Notes: generated by a model not told the origin, from the letters alone. Counted from the stretch's first letter, positions 1-14,405 are shown. The stretch: 64,000 nucleotides of DNA from Squalus acanthias (GCA_030390025.1 CM059431.1:137084001-137148000), one strand, 5' to 3'. Translations and numbers: made by a program.

Positions 1-3000
1 TCCATTTATGGTAACCGTCCATTCACTTTCCCAATCCGCAAATGGTATCCGTCCATTCACTTTCCCAATCCATTGATGATATCTGTCCATTCACTTTCCC
101 AATCCATTGATGGTATCCGTCCATTCACTTTCCCAATCTATTGATGGTCTCTGTCCATTCACTTTCCCAATCTATTAATGGTATCTGTCTATTCACTTTC
201 AGAATCCATCGATGGCATCTGTCTAATTACTTTTACATTCTATTGATGGTATCTCTCTATTCACTTTCCCAATCTATTGATGGTATCTGTCCATTCACTT
301 TCTCAATCCATTGATGTTATCTGTCCATTCACTTTCCAATCCACTGATGGTATCTGTCCATTCACTTTCCCAATCCATTGATGGTATCTGTCCATTAACT
401 TTCCCAATCCATTGATGGCATCTGTCTAATCATTTTAACAATCTATTGATGGTATCTGTCCATTCTCTTTCCCAATCCATTGATGGTATCTATTTATTCA
501 CTTTCCCAATCCATTGATGGTATCTGTCCATTCACTTTCCCAATCCATTGATGGTATCTGTCCATTCACTTTCCCAATCCATTGATGGTATCTGTCCATT
601 CACTTTCCCAATCCATTATAGGTATCTCTCTATTCACTTTCCCAATCCATTGATGGTATCTGTCTATTCACTTTACCAATCTATTGATCGTATCTGCCTA
701 TTCACATTCCCAATCCATTGAAGGTATCTGTCTATTCACTTTCCCAATCCATTGATGGAATCTGTCCATTAACTTTCCCAATCCATTGATGGTATCGTCC
801 ATTCACTTTCCCAATCCGCTAATGGTATCCGTCCATTCACTTTCCCAATCCATTGATGGTATCTGTCCATTCACTTTCCCAATCCATTGATGGTATCTGT
901 CCATTCACTTTCCCAATCCATTGATGGTATCTGTCCATTCACTTTCCCAATCCATTGATGGTATCTGTCCATTCACTTTCCCAATCCATTGATGGTATCT
1001 GTCCATTCACTTTCCCAATCATTGATGGTATCTGTCCATTCACTTTCCCAATCCATTGATGGTATCTGTCTATTCACTTTCCCAATCCATTGATGGTATC
1101 TGTCTATTCACTTTCCCAATCCATTGATGGTATCTGTCTATTCACTTTCCCAATCCATTGATGGTATCTGTCTATTCACTTTCCCAATCCATTGATGGTA
1201 TCTGTCCATTCACTTTCCCAATCCATTCGATGGTATCTGTCTATTCACTTTCCCAATCCATTGATGGTATCTGTCTATTCACTTTCCCAATCTATTGATG
1301 GTATCTGTCTATTCACTTTCCCAATCCATTGATGGTATCTGTCTATTCACTTTCCCAATCCATTGATGGTATCTGTCTATTCACTTTCCCAATCCATTGA
1401 TGGTATCTGTCCATTCACTTTCCCAATCCATTGATGGTATCTGTCTATTCACTTTCCCAATCCATTGATGGTATCTGTCTATTCACTTTCCCAATCCATT
1501 GATGGTATCTGTCCATTCACTTTCCCAATCCATTGATGGTATCTGTCCATTCACTTTCCCAATCCATTGATGGTATCTGTCTATTCACTTTCCCAATCCA
1601 TTGATGGTATCTGTCTATTCACTTTCCCAATCCATTGATGGTATCTGTCCATTCACTTTCCCAATCCATTGATGGTATCTGTCTATTCACTTTCCCAATC
1701 CATTGATGGTGTCTGTCTATTTACTTTCCCAATCCATTGATGGTATCCGTCCATTCACTTTCCCAATCCATCGATGACATCTGTCTTAGTACTTTAACAA
1801 TCTATTGAATGTATCTGTCCATTCAGTTTCCCAATCCATTGAAGGTATCTTTCCATTCACTTTATTAATCCATTGATGGTATCTGTCCATTCACTTTCCC
1901 AATGCATTGATGGTAACTGTCCAGTCACTTTCACAATCCATTAATGGTATCTCTCCATTCACTTTCCCAATACATTGATGGTAACTGTCCATTCACTTTC
2001 CCAGTCCATTGAAGGTATCTGTCCATTCACTTTCTCAATCCATTGATTGAATCTGTCCATTAACTTTCCCAATCCATTGATGGTATACGTCCATTCAATT
2101 TCCCAATCCGCAAATGGTATCCGTCCATTCACTTTCCCAATCCATTGATGGTATCCGTACATTTACTTTCCCAATCCATTGATGTTATCCTTCCATTCAC
2201 ATTCCCAATCTATGGATGGTCTCTGTCCATTCACTTTCCCAATCCATTAATGGTATCTGTCCATTCACTTACCAAATCCATCGATGGCATCTGTCTAATT
2301 ACTTTAACAATCTATTGATGGTATCTCTCTATTCACTTTCCCAATCTATTGATGTTATCTGTCCATTCACTTTCCCAATTCATTGATGGTATCTGTCCAT
2401 TCACATTCCCAATCCATTGATGGTATCTGTCCATTCACTTTCCCAATCCATTGATGGCATCTGTCCATTAAGTTTCCCAATCCCTTGATGGCATCTGTCC
2501 ATTCAATTTCCCAATCCATTGACGGTATCTGTCCATTCACTTTCCCAATCCATTGAAGGTATCTGTCTATTCAGTTTCCCAATCCATTGATGGTATCTGT
2601 CCATTCACTTTCCCAATCCATTGATGTTATCCATCCATTCACTTTCCCAATCTATTGATGGTCTCTGTCCATTCACTTTCCCAATCTATTAATGGTATCT
2701 GTCTATTCACTTTCCAAATCCATCGATGGCATCTGTCTAATTTCTTTAACAATCTATTGATGGTATCTCTCTATTCACTTTCTCAATCTATTGATGGTAT
2801 ATGTCCATTCACTTTCCCAATCCATTGATGGTATCTGTCCGTTCACTTTCCCAATCCATTCATGGTATCTGTACATTCACTTTCCCAATCCATTGATGGT
2901 ATCTGTCCACTAACTTTGCCAATCCATTGACGGTATCTGTCCATTCAGTTTCCCAATCCATTGATGGTATCTGTCCATTCACTTTCCCAATCCATTGATG

Positions 3001-6000
3001 GTATCTGTCCAATCACTTTCCCAATCCATTTATGGTATCCGTCCAATCACGTTCCCAATCCATTGATGGTATCTGTCCATTCACTTTCCCAATCCATCGA
3101 TGGCATCTGTCTAATCATTTTAACAATCTATTGAGGTATCTGTCCATTCACTTTCACAATCCATTCTAGGTATCTCTCTATTCACTTTCCCAATCCATTG
3201 ATTGTATCTGTCTATTCACTTTACAAAACTATTGATGGTATCTGTCTATTCACTTTACCAATCTATTGATGGTATGTGTCCATTCACTTTCCCAAACCAT
3301 CGATGGCATCTGTCTAATCACTATCCCAATTCATTGATGGTAACTGACTATTCACTTTCCCAATCCATTGATGATATCTGACCATTCACTTTCCCAATCC
3401 ATTGATGGTATCTGCCTATTCACTTTCCCAATCCATTGATGGTATCTCTCCATCCACTTTCCCAATCCATTGATGGTATCTGTCTATTCACTTTCCCAAT
3501 CCATTGATGTTATCTGTCCATTCACTTTCCCAATACAATAATGGTAACTGTCCATTCACTTTCCCAATCCATTGACGGTATCTGTCCGTTCACTTTCCCA
3601 ATCCATTCATGGTATCTGTACATTCACTTTCCCAATCCATTGATGGTATCTGTCCACTAACTTTGCCAATCCATTGACGGTATCTGTCCATTCAGTTTCC
3701 CAATCCATTGATGGTATCTGTCCATTCACTTTCCCAATCCATTGATGGTATCTGTCCAATCACTTTCCCAATCCATTTATGGTATCCGTCCAATCACGTT
3801 CCCAATCCATTGATGGTATCTGTCCATTCACTTTCCCAATCCATCGATGGCATCTGTCTAATCATTTTAACAATCTATTGAGGTATCTGTCCATTCACTT
3901 TCACAATCCATTCTAGGTATCTCTCTATTCACTTTCCCAATCCATTGATTGTATCTGTCTATTCACTTTACAAAACTATTGATGGTATCTGTCTATTCAC
4001 TTTACCAATCTATTGATGGTATGTGTCCATTCACTTTCCCAAACCATCGATGGCATCTGTCTAATCACTATCCCAATTCATTGATGGTAACTGACTATTC
4101 ACTTTCCCAATCCATTGATGATATCTGACCATTCACTTTCCCAATCCATTGATGGTATCTGCCTATTCACTTTCCCAATCCATTGATGGTATCTCTCCAT
4201 CCACTTTCCCAATCCATTGATGGTATCTGTCTATTCACTTTCCCAATCCATTGATGTTATCTGTCCATTCACTTTCCCAATACAATAATGGTAACTGTCC
4301 ATTCACTTTCCCAATCCATTGACGGTATCTGTCCATTCACTTTCTCAATCCATTGATGGAATCTGTCCTTTAACTTTCCCAATCCATTGATGGTATCCAT
4401 CCATTCAATTTCCCAATCCGCTAATGGTACCCGTCCATTCACTTTCCCAATTGATTGATGGTATCCGTCCATTCACTTTCCCAATCCATTGATGGTATCC
4501 GTACATTTACATTCCCAATCCATTGATGTTATCCTTCCATTCACATTCCCAATCTATGGATGGTCTCTGTCCATTCACTTTCCCAATCCATTAATGGTAT
4601 CTGTCTATTCACTTTCCAAATCCATCGATGGCATCTGTCTAATTACTTTAACAATCTATTGATGGTATCTCTCTATTCACTTTCCCAATCTATTGATGTT
4701 ACCTGTCCATTCACTTTCCCAATTCATTGATGGTATCTGTCCATTCACATTCCCAATCCATTGATGGTATCTGTCCATTCACTTTCCCAATCCATTGATG
4801 GCATCTGTCCATTAAGTTTCCCAATCCCTTGATGGCATCTGTCCATTCAATTTCCCAATCCATTGACGGTATCTGTCCATTCACTTTCCCAATCCATTGA
4901 AGGTATCTGTCTATTCAGTTTCCCAATCCATTGATGGTATCTGTCCATTCACTTTCCCAATCCATTGATGTTATCCATCCATTCACTTTCCCAATCTATT
5001 GATGGTCTCTGTCCATTCACTTTCCCAATCTATTAATGGTATCTGTCTATTCACTTTCCAAATCCATCGATGGCATCTGTCTAATTTCTTTAACAATCTA
5101 TTGATGGTATCTCTCTATTCACTTTCTCAATCTATTGATGGTATATGTCCATTCACTTTCCCAATCCATTGATGGTATCTGTCCGTTCACTTTCCCAATC
5201 CATTCATGGTATCTGTACATTCACTTTCCCAATCCATTGATGGTATCTGTCCACTAACTTTGCCAATCCATTGACGGTATCTGTCCATTAAGTTTCCCAA
5301 TCCATTGATGGTATCTGTCCATTCACTTTCCCAATCCATTGATGGTATCTGTCCAATCACTTTCCCAATCCATTGATGGTATCCGTCCAATCACGTTCCC
5401 AATCCATTGATGGTATCTGTCCATTCACTTTCCCAATCCATCGATGGCATCTCTCTAATCATTTTAACAATCTATTGAGTTATCTGTCCATTCACTTTCA
5501 CAATCCATTGATGGTATCTATCTAATCAGTTTCCCAATCCATTGATGGTGTCGGTCTATTTACTTTCCCAATCCATTGATGGTATCTGTCTAATCACTTT
5601 CCCAATCCATCGATGGTATCTGTCCATTCACTTTACCAATCCATTGATGGTACCTGTCCATTCACTTTCCTAATCCATTGAGGTATCTGTCGAATTACTT
5701 TACCAATCTATTGATTGTATCTCTCTATACACTTTTCCAATCTATTGAAGGTATCTGTCCATTCACTTTCCCAATCCATTGATGATATCCGTCCATACAC
5801 TTTCCCAATCCATCGATGGTATATGTCCATTCAATTTCTCAATCCATTGATGTTATCTGTCTATTCACTTTCCCAATCCATCGATGGAATCTGTCTAATT
5901 CCTTTACCAATCTATTGATTGTATCTCTCTATTCACTCTCCCAGTCCATTGATGGTATCTGTCCATTCACTTTCCCAATCCATTGATGGTATCTGTCCAT

Positions 6001-9000
6001 TCACTTTCCCGATCCATTGATGGTATCTGTCCATTCACTTTCCTAATCCATTTAAGGTATCTGTCCATTCACTGTCTCAATCCATTGATGGTATCTGTCC
6101 ATTCACATTCCCAAACCATTGATGGTATCTGTCCAATCACTTTCCCAATCCGTTGATTGTATCCGTCCACTCACTTTCCCAATCCATTGATGGTATCTGT
6201 CCATTCACATTCCCAATCCATTGAAGGTATCTGTCCAATCACTTTCCCAATCCGTTGATTGTATTCGTCCATTCACTTTCCCAAACCATTGATAGTATCT
6301 GTCCATTCACTTTCGCAATCGATTGATGGTATCTGTCCATTCACTTTCCCAATCCTTTGATGGTATCTGTCCCTACACTTTCCCAATCCATTTGGGGTAT
6401 CTGTCATTTCACTTTCCCATTCCATTGCTGTTATCCGTCCATTTAGTTTCCCAATCCTTTGAAGTAATCCGTCCATTCACTTTCCCAATCCATTGAAGGT
6501 ATCTGTCTGTTCAGTTTCCCAATCCATTGATGGTATCTGTCCATTCACTTACCCAATCCATTGATGTTTTCTGTCCATTCTCTTTCCCAATCCACTGAAG
6601 GAATCTGTCCATTCAATTTCCCAATCCATTGATGGTATCTTTCCATTCACTTTTCCAATCTATCGATGGCATCTGTCTTATCATTTTAACAATCTCTTGA
6701 TGGTATCTGTACATTCACTTTCCCAATCCATTGATGGTATCTATCTATTCACTTTCCCAATCCATTGATGGTGTCTGTCTATTTACTTTCCCAATCCATT
6801 GAAGGTATCCGTCCATTCACTTTCCCAATCCATCGATGACATCTGTCTAATTACTTTAACAATCTTTTGATGGTGTCTGTCTATTCACTTTCCCAATCCA
6901 TTGATGCAATCTTTCCATTCACTTTCCCAATACAATAATGGTAATTGTACATTCACTTCCCCAATCCATTGAAGGTATCTCTCCATTCACTTTCCCAATA
7001 CATTGATGGTAACTGTCCATTCACTTTCCCAATCCATTGAATCTATCTGTCCATTCAGTTTCTCAATCCATTGATGGAATTTGTCCTTTAACTTTCCCAA
7101 ACCATTAATGGTATCCGTCCAATCACTTTCCCAATTCATTGATGGTATCTGTCCATTCACTTTGCCAATCTATTGATGGTATCCGTCCATTCACTTTCCC
7201 AATCCGTTGATGTTATCCGTCCAATCACTTTCCCAATTAATTGATGGTATCTGTCCATTCACTTTCCCAATCCATTGATGGTATCTGTCTATTCACTTTC
7301 CCAGTCCATCGATTGCATCTGCCTATTCACTTTCCCAATCCATTGATGGTATCTGTCCATTCACTTTACCAATCCATTGATGGTACCTGTCCATTCACTT
7401 TCCTAATCCATTGAGGTATCTGTCGAATTACTTTACCAATCTATTGATTGTATCTCTCTATACACTTTTCCAATCTATTGAAGGTATCTGTCCATTCACT
7501 TTCCCAATCCATTGATGATATCCGTCCATACACTTTCCCAATCCATCGATGGTATATGTCCATTCAATTTCTCAATCCATTGATGTTATCTGTCTATTCA
7601 CTTTCCCAATCCATCGATGGAATCTGTCTAATTCCTTTACCAATCTATTGATTGTATCTCTCTATTCACTCTCCCAGTCCATTGATGGTATCTGTCCATT
7701 CACTTTCCCAATCCATTGATGGTATCTGTCCATTCACTTTCCCGATCCATTGATGGTATCTGTCCATTCACTTTCCTAATCCATTTAAGGTATCTGTCCA
7801 TTCACTGTCTCAATCCATTGATGGTATCTGTCCATTCACATTCCCAAACCATTGATGGTATCTGTCCAATCACTTTCCCAATCCGTTGATTGTATCCGTC
7901 CACTCACTTTCCCAATCCATTGATGGTATCTGTCCATTCACATTCCCAATCCATTGAAGGTATCTGTCCAATCACTTTCCCAATCCGTTGATTGTATTCG
8001 TCCATTCACTTTCCCAAACCATTGATAGTATCTGTCCATTCACTTTCGCAATCGATTGATGGTATCTGTCCATTCACTTTCCCAATCCTTTGATGGTATC
8101 TGTCCCTACACTTTCCCAATCCATTTGGGGTATCTGTCATTTCACTTTCCCATTCCATTGCTGTTATCCGTCCATTTAGTTTCCCAATCCTTTGAAGTAA
8201 TCCGTCCATTCACTTTCCCAATCCATTGAAGGTATCTGTCTGTTCAGTTTCCCAATCCATTGATGGTATCTGTCCATTCACTTACCCAATCCATTGATGT
8301 TTTCTGTCCATTCTCTTTCCCAATCCACTGAAGGAATCTGTCCATTCAATTTCCCAATCCATTGATGGTATCTTTCCATTCACTTTTCCAATCTATCGAT
8401 GGCATCTGTCTTATCATTTTAACAATCTCTTGATGGTATCTGTACATTCACTTTCCCAATCCATTGATGGTATCTATCTATTCACTTTCCCAATCCATTG
8501 ATGGTGTCTGTCTATTTACTTTCCCAATCCATTGAAGGTATCCGTCCATTCACTTTCCCAATCCATCGATGACATCTGTCTAATTACTTTAACAATCTTT
8601 TGATGGTGTCTGTCTATTCACTTTCCCAATCCATTGATGCAATCTTTCCATTCACTTTCCCAATACAATAATGGTAATTGTACATTCACTTCCCCAATCC
8701 ATTGAAGGTATCTCTCCATTCACTTTCCCAATACATTGATGGTAACTGTCCATTCACTTTCCCAATCCATTGAATCTATCTGTCCATTCAGTTTCTCAAT
8801 CCATTGATGGAATTTGTCCTTTAACTTTCCCAAACCATTAATGGTATCCGTCCAATCACTTTCCCAATTCATTGATGGTATCTGTCCATTCACTTTGCCA
8901 ATCTATTGATGGTATCCGTCCATTCACTTTCCCAATCCGTTGATGTTATCCGTCCAATCACTTTCCCAATTAATTGATGGTATCTGTCCATTCACTTTGC

Positions 9001-12000
9001 CAATCTATTGATGGTCTCTGTCCATTCACTTTCCCAATTTATTAATGGCATCTGTCTATTCACTTTCAGAATCCATCGATGGCATCTGTCTAATTACTTT
9101 AACAATCTATTGATGGTATCTCTCTATTCACTTTCCCAATCAATGATGGTATCTGTCCATTCACTTTCCCAATCCATTGGTGGTATCTGTCCATTCACTT
9201 TCCCAATCCATTGATGGTATCTGTTCATTCACTTTCCCAATCCATTGATGGTATCAGTCCATTCACTTTCCCAATACATTGTTGGTAACTATCCATTCAC
9301 TTTCCCAATCCACTGAAGGAATCTGTCCATTCACTTTCCCAATCCATTGATGGTATCTGTCCATTCACTTTCCCAATCCATCGATGGCATCTGTCTAATC
9401 ATTTTAGCAATCCATTGAGGTATCTGTCCATTCCCTTTCCCAATCCATTTATGGTATCTATCAACTCAATTTCCCAATCCATTGATGGTGTCTCTCTAGT
9501 ACTTTCCCAATCCATTGATGGCATCTGTCTAGTCACTTTCTCAATCCATCGATGGCATCTGTCCATTCACTTTCCCAATCCATTGATGGTATCTGTCTAT
9601 TCACTTCCCCAATCCATTGATGGTATCTGTCTATTCACTTTCCAAATTCATTGATGGTACCTGTCTATTCACTTTTCAAATCCATTGATGGTATCTGTCT
9701 ATTCACTTTCCCAATCCATCGATGGCATATGTCTAGTCACTTTCGCAATCCATTGATGGTACCTGTCCATTTACTTTCCCAATCCATTGATGGTCCCTGT
9801 CCATTCACTTTCTCAATCCATTGATGGTGTCTGTCTATTCACTTTCCCAATCCATCGATGGAATCTGTCTAATTCCTTTACCAATCTATTGATTGTATCT
9901 CTCTATTCACTTTCCCAATCTATTGATGGTATCTGTCCATTCACTTTCCCAATCAATTGATGGTATCTGTCCATTCACTTCCCCAATCTATTGTTGATAT
10001 CTGTCCATTCACTTTCCAAATCCAATGATGGTATCTTTCCATTCACATTCCCAATCCATTGATGTTATCTGTCCATTCACTTTCCCAATCCGATGATGAT
10101 ATCCATCCATTCACTTTTCCAATCCATTGATGATATCTGTCCATTCACTTTCCCAATCCATTGATGATATCCATCCATTCACTTTCCCAATCCATTGAAT
10201 CTATCTGTCCATTCGATTTCTCAATCCATTGATGGAATTTGTCCTTTAACTTTCCCAAACCATTGATGGTATCCGTCCATTCACTTTCCCAATCCCCTAA
10301 TGGTATCCGTCCAATCACTTTCCCAATTCATTGATGGTATCTGTCCATTCACTTTCCCAATCTATTGATGGTATCCGTCCATTCACTTTCCCAATCCATT
10401 GATGTTATCCGTTCATTCACTTTCCCAATCTATTGATGGTCTCTGTCCATTCACTTTCCCAATTTATTAATGGCATCTGTCTATTCACTTTCAGAATCCA
10501 TCGATGGCATCTGTCTAATTACTTTAACAATCTATTGATGGTATCTCTCTATTCACTTTCCCAATCTATTGATGGTATCTGTCCATTCACTTTCCCAATC
10601 CATTGATGGTATCTGTCCATTAACTTTCCCAATCCATTGATGGCATCTGTCCATTCACTTTCCCAATGCATTAACGGTATCTGTCCATTCACTTTCCCAA
10701 TCCATTGAAGGTAGCTGTCTATTCAGTTTCCCAATCCATTGATGGTATCAGTCCATTCACTTTCCCAGTCCATTGATGTTATCCATCCATTCACTTTCCC
10801 AATCTATTAATGGTCTCTGTCCATTCACTTTTCCAATCTATTAATGGTATCTCTCTATTCACTTTCCAAATCCGTCGATGGCATCTCTCTAATTACTTTA
10901 ACAACCTATTGATGATATCTCTCTATTCACTTTCCCAATTTAATGATGTTATCTGTCCATTCACTTTCCCAATCCATTGGTGGTATCTGTCCAATCACTT
11001 TCCCAATCCATTGATGGTATCTGTTCATTCACTTTCCCAATCCATTGATGGCATCTGTCCATTCACTTTCCGAATCCATTGATGGTATCAGTCCATTCAC
11101 TTTCCCAATACTTTGTTGGTAACTATCCATTCACTTTCCCAATCCACTGAAGGAATCTGTCCATTCACTTTCCCAGTCCATCGATGGCATCTGTCTAATC
11201 ATTTTAGCAATCCATTGAGGTATCTGTCCATTCCCTTTCCCAATCCATTTATGGTATCTATCTACTCAATTTCCCACTCCATTGATGGTGTCTCTCTATT
11301 TACTTTCCCAATCCATTGATGGTATCTGTCTAGTCACTTTCCCAATCCATCGATGGCATCTGTCTAATCACTTTACCAATCTATTGATGGTATCTGTCCA
11401 TTCACTTTTCCAATCCATTGATGGTATCTGTCTATTCACTTCCCCAATCCATTGATGGTATCTGTCTATTCACTTTCCAAATTCATTGATGGTACCTGTC
11501 TATTCACTTTCCAAATCCATTGATGGTATCTGTCTATTCACTTTCCCAATCCATCGATGGCATCTGTCTATTCACTTTCCCAATCCATTGATGGTTCCTT
11601 ACCATTTACTTTCCCAATCCATTGATGGTCCCTGTCCATTCACTTTCCCAATCCATTGATGGGTTCTGTCTAATTACTTTACCAATCTATTGATTGTATC
11701 TCTCTATTCACTTTCCCAATCTCTTGATGCTATCTGTCCATTCACTTTCCCAATCTATTGATGACATCCGTCCATTCACTTTCCCAATCCATCGATGGTA
11801 ACTGTCCATTCACTTTCTCAATCCATTGATGGTGTCTGTCTATTCACTTTCCCAATCCATCGATGGAATCTGTCTAATTCCTTTACCAATCTATTGATTG
11901 TATCTCTCTATTCACTTCCCCAATCTATTGATGGTATCTGTCCATTCACTTTCCCAATCAATTGATGGTATCTGTCCATTCACTTCCCCAATCTATTGTT

Positions 12001-12335
12001 GATATCTGTCCATTCACTTTCCAAATCCAATGATGGTATCTTTCCATTCACATTCCCAATCCATTGATGTTATCTGTCCATTCACTTTCCCAATCCATTG
12101 ATGATATCTGTCCATTCACTTTCCCAATCCAATGGTGATATCCATCCATTCACTTTCCCAATCCATTGATGATGTCTGTCCATTCACTTTCCCAATCCAT
12201 TGAAGGTATCTGTCCATTCACTTTCCCAATCCATTGATGGTGTCCGTCCATTCACTTTCCCAATCTAATGCTGATATCTCTCCATTCACTTTCCCAATCC
12301 AGTGAAGGTATCTGCCCAATCACCTTCCCAGTCCA
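1..12335. repeat. Satellite A: 34-bp tandem array, consensus TCCATTGATGGTATCTGTCCATTCACTTTCCCAA, ~360 units, truncated by window start
   Basis: Period measured directly (AATCCATTGA at 881 and 915); continuous to ~12330; short ORFs cycle through all three frames, as expected for a unit not divisible by 3. Confidence 0.97.
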
Positions 12336-13228
12336 AGTGGAAGGGCGCCAGTTCCGTGAACCCAGTAGCCTGTGTTCGATCACTATCTGTACCTGCTTTT
12401 AGACTCAAATGTGTATTCAAATAATTTTTGCCAGGCTTATTAATCACCCCGTGTCCATCTAAGCTGGAAGTTCAAACTACCGGTGTAAACTTTTAAACAT
12501 TTAGCTATTCTGCCTGGATTCTTTTCCAAGGAGTAGCGACCTGTATTCATTACACTTTAAGTTCACTTTTCTGTTGCAGGGAGACAGCCAAATAGAGAAA
12601 CCGTGTTCCAGATGTTAGGTATTACTAAAATAAATTAATTTCCTTAAATATTTACTCCTTATTTGTAGTTTCCAATTGCTTGATATTGCTCAATTCATGG
12701 ATTGCTTCCAATCTATTGGTAATCCCCAACATCATTGACGATTTTTAATCGATTGTTGTTTGCCAATCTATAAACGGTTCTCAGTCCTTTCGCTGTAGCC
12801 GATCCATTGAAGATTCCCCATCCATTAATGTCTCCTAATGCATTCATGTTTGCCAATCCAGTACGCTTCCAGTTAAATGTGAGAAATGTCGATTCCTTGT
12901 CCATTGGGTGAAGTACAACCTCTTTACCTGAGCGGTTGGATCTTCCAGCGCAATTCCCAGGGACGGACTCGGGCTGATTTCCCTTGTATCTACAAGCTCA
13001 GGTCCCGTTTCATTCATTGTTGTTGGTTTTTTGATTTATTGGGAAAGCCTCCTGATCATCAGTAATAAGTGCAAATAATGGACTGTGGGATTGAATCTGA
13101 ACAAACAATCAGGCAACATTATTAAATATACAATTGACTTTAATTATGTGACTATTAAATGCGGACTCATTAAAAACTCAAACAGCAGAGACGCATTCAG
13201 ACATCAGACTAATCGATTATCAGAACTA

Positions 13229-13293
13229 TTAGGTCTGGGGTTCGAATTCATTTGATCTTCAGTCTAACGCCTTAAACACTCGGCCACCTAGTC
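13229..13293 (-). pseudogene. tRNA-Leu/Ser-like (type II) pseudogene with variable arm deleted
   Basis: Minus strand GACTAGGTGGCCGAGTGTTTAAGGCGTTAGACTGAAGATCAAATGAATTCGAACCCCA resembles vertebrate tRNA-Leu(TAA) (GGCCGAGTGGTTAAGGCGTTGGACTTAAGATCCAATG...GTTCGAACCCCA) with A-box and B-box remnants. Confidence 0.7.
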
Positions 13294-13369
13294 TGAATAT
13301 TAAGCTGTGGGCCGGGATCCACAAGGTAACTTTGCTCAGTATTTATTACAATTTTCTTGTTCATATTGT

Positions 13370-14128
13370 ACAGAGAAACGAACAGACAAACTGATAGACA
13401 GACAAGGACAGAGGAACACACATATAGAGATTAAGAAGGAGCGATGGAAGGGAATGAGAGAAAGAGAGAAGGATAGAGAGAGAGACTGGGAGGGCCACAG
13501 CGACAGGCGAAAACAGAGAGATAAAGAGACCAGAGAGAGACTGATAGAGACAGAGAGTCCGAGAAAGAGAGAACGACAGACTTAGCGAAAGGAAGATAGA
13601 ATGAGAATTGGAATAAAGATATAAAGAAGAAAGAAATGTAATGAGGGAGAGATACTACTGCTGAAAAGAGGCAGAATCAGAAGGTGCGAAAACTGATTTG
13701 GAGGGAAGGGACAGAAGTCCAGAAACAAAGGGAGAACTGGGATAGAAAAATTAAAGAAAGTGAGCAGGATAGAAAGAACATGAAACTGAGAAAAAGTACA
13801 ACAATGGAAAGCTAATTGGAAAGAGCTGATTGAGGGAAAAGTAAACAGAGATAGAGAGTCAGCAAAAGAGAGAGAGAGAGAAACAGTGTCAGAGACAGAC
13901 AGGAGAGAGAAACAGACAGAGAGGGGGAGAGACAGACAGAAGGAGGGAGTGGCAGAGAGAGACAGTCAGAGAGAGTCAGAGGGAGAGACAGACCGACAGA
14001 GAGTCAGAAGTAGACAGGGATGAAATTTACAGGCAGACAGAAGTGAGACAGACAGACAGGAAGGGCGAGAGACCGACAGAAGGAGAGAGAAACACAGAGA
14101 AGAGCCAGAGAGACACAAGAGAGAGACA
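13370..14128. repeat. Degenerate GA/GACA-rich low-complexity tract
   Basis: Strong purine bias with (GA)n and GACA runs. Confidence 0.85.
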
Positions 14129-14405
14129 CAACTGCGTTGTCCATCTCAGAGTAGAACTTGTTGGCAAAGAGGTGATGCAGATGGTGCCCGGAACGTCGGG
14201 CTTTGTGTGGCTCATGGCCCAAAAGTGTTGATCGGGTCTGCAGGTGTCTTATCAGCACTTGAAAAACAGGTGGATTTCGGGGCTTCCCAATGCGTAGTTT
14301 ACAAATTTCCTGTTAAGCACAAAATATGTATTTCCTGCAAAAATAGGTGATTTGCTGGTTTCATTTTCAACTCCGGAGTTCTCTGTACGGTATTGCCACA
14401 GTCTC
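14125..14405 (-). pseudogene. Core-2/I-branching beta-1,6-GlcNAc transferase (GCNT, GT14) pseudogene fragment, possibly GCNT3-like
   Basis: Manual translation from 14350: SPIFAGNTYFVLNRKFVNYALGSPEIHLFFKC**DTCRPDQHFWAMSHTKPDVPGTI, then in another frame HHLFANKFYSEMDNAV. These match GCNT motifs F.G.AY.V.SR.FV, DTYSPDEH.WAT...P.VPGS and HHL.ANKFD. Two stops and an internal deletion/frameshift. Confidence 0.8.

Noticed and set aside
1959..11319. Short 67-90 aa ORFs within satellite A
   Set aside because: Chance read-through of the 34-bp unit where a periodic stop is mutated.
1..12335. CRISPR array (34-bp repeat length)
   Set aside because: Units are head-to-tail with no unique spacers, there are no cas genes, and the context is eukaryotic.
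12570..12990. Possible micro-exons (TTGCAG...GTATTA on +; TTGTAG...GTAAAG on -)
   Set aside because: Splice-like motifs only; no recognisable peptide or partner exons.
13307..14258. Arg/Glu-rich and Leu/Ser-rich ORFs
   Set aside because: Translations of the GA-rich tract; only the part overlapping the GCNT relic is meaningful.
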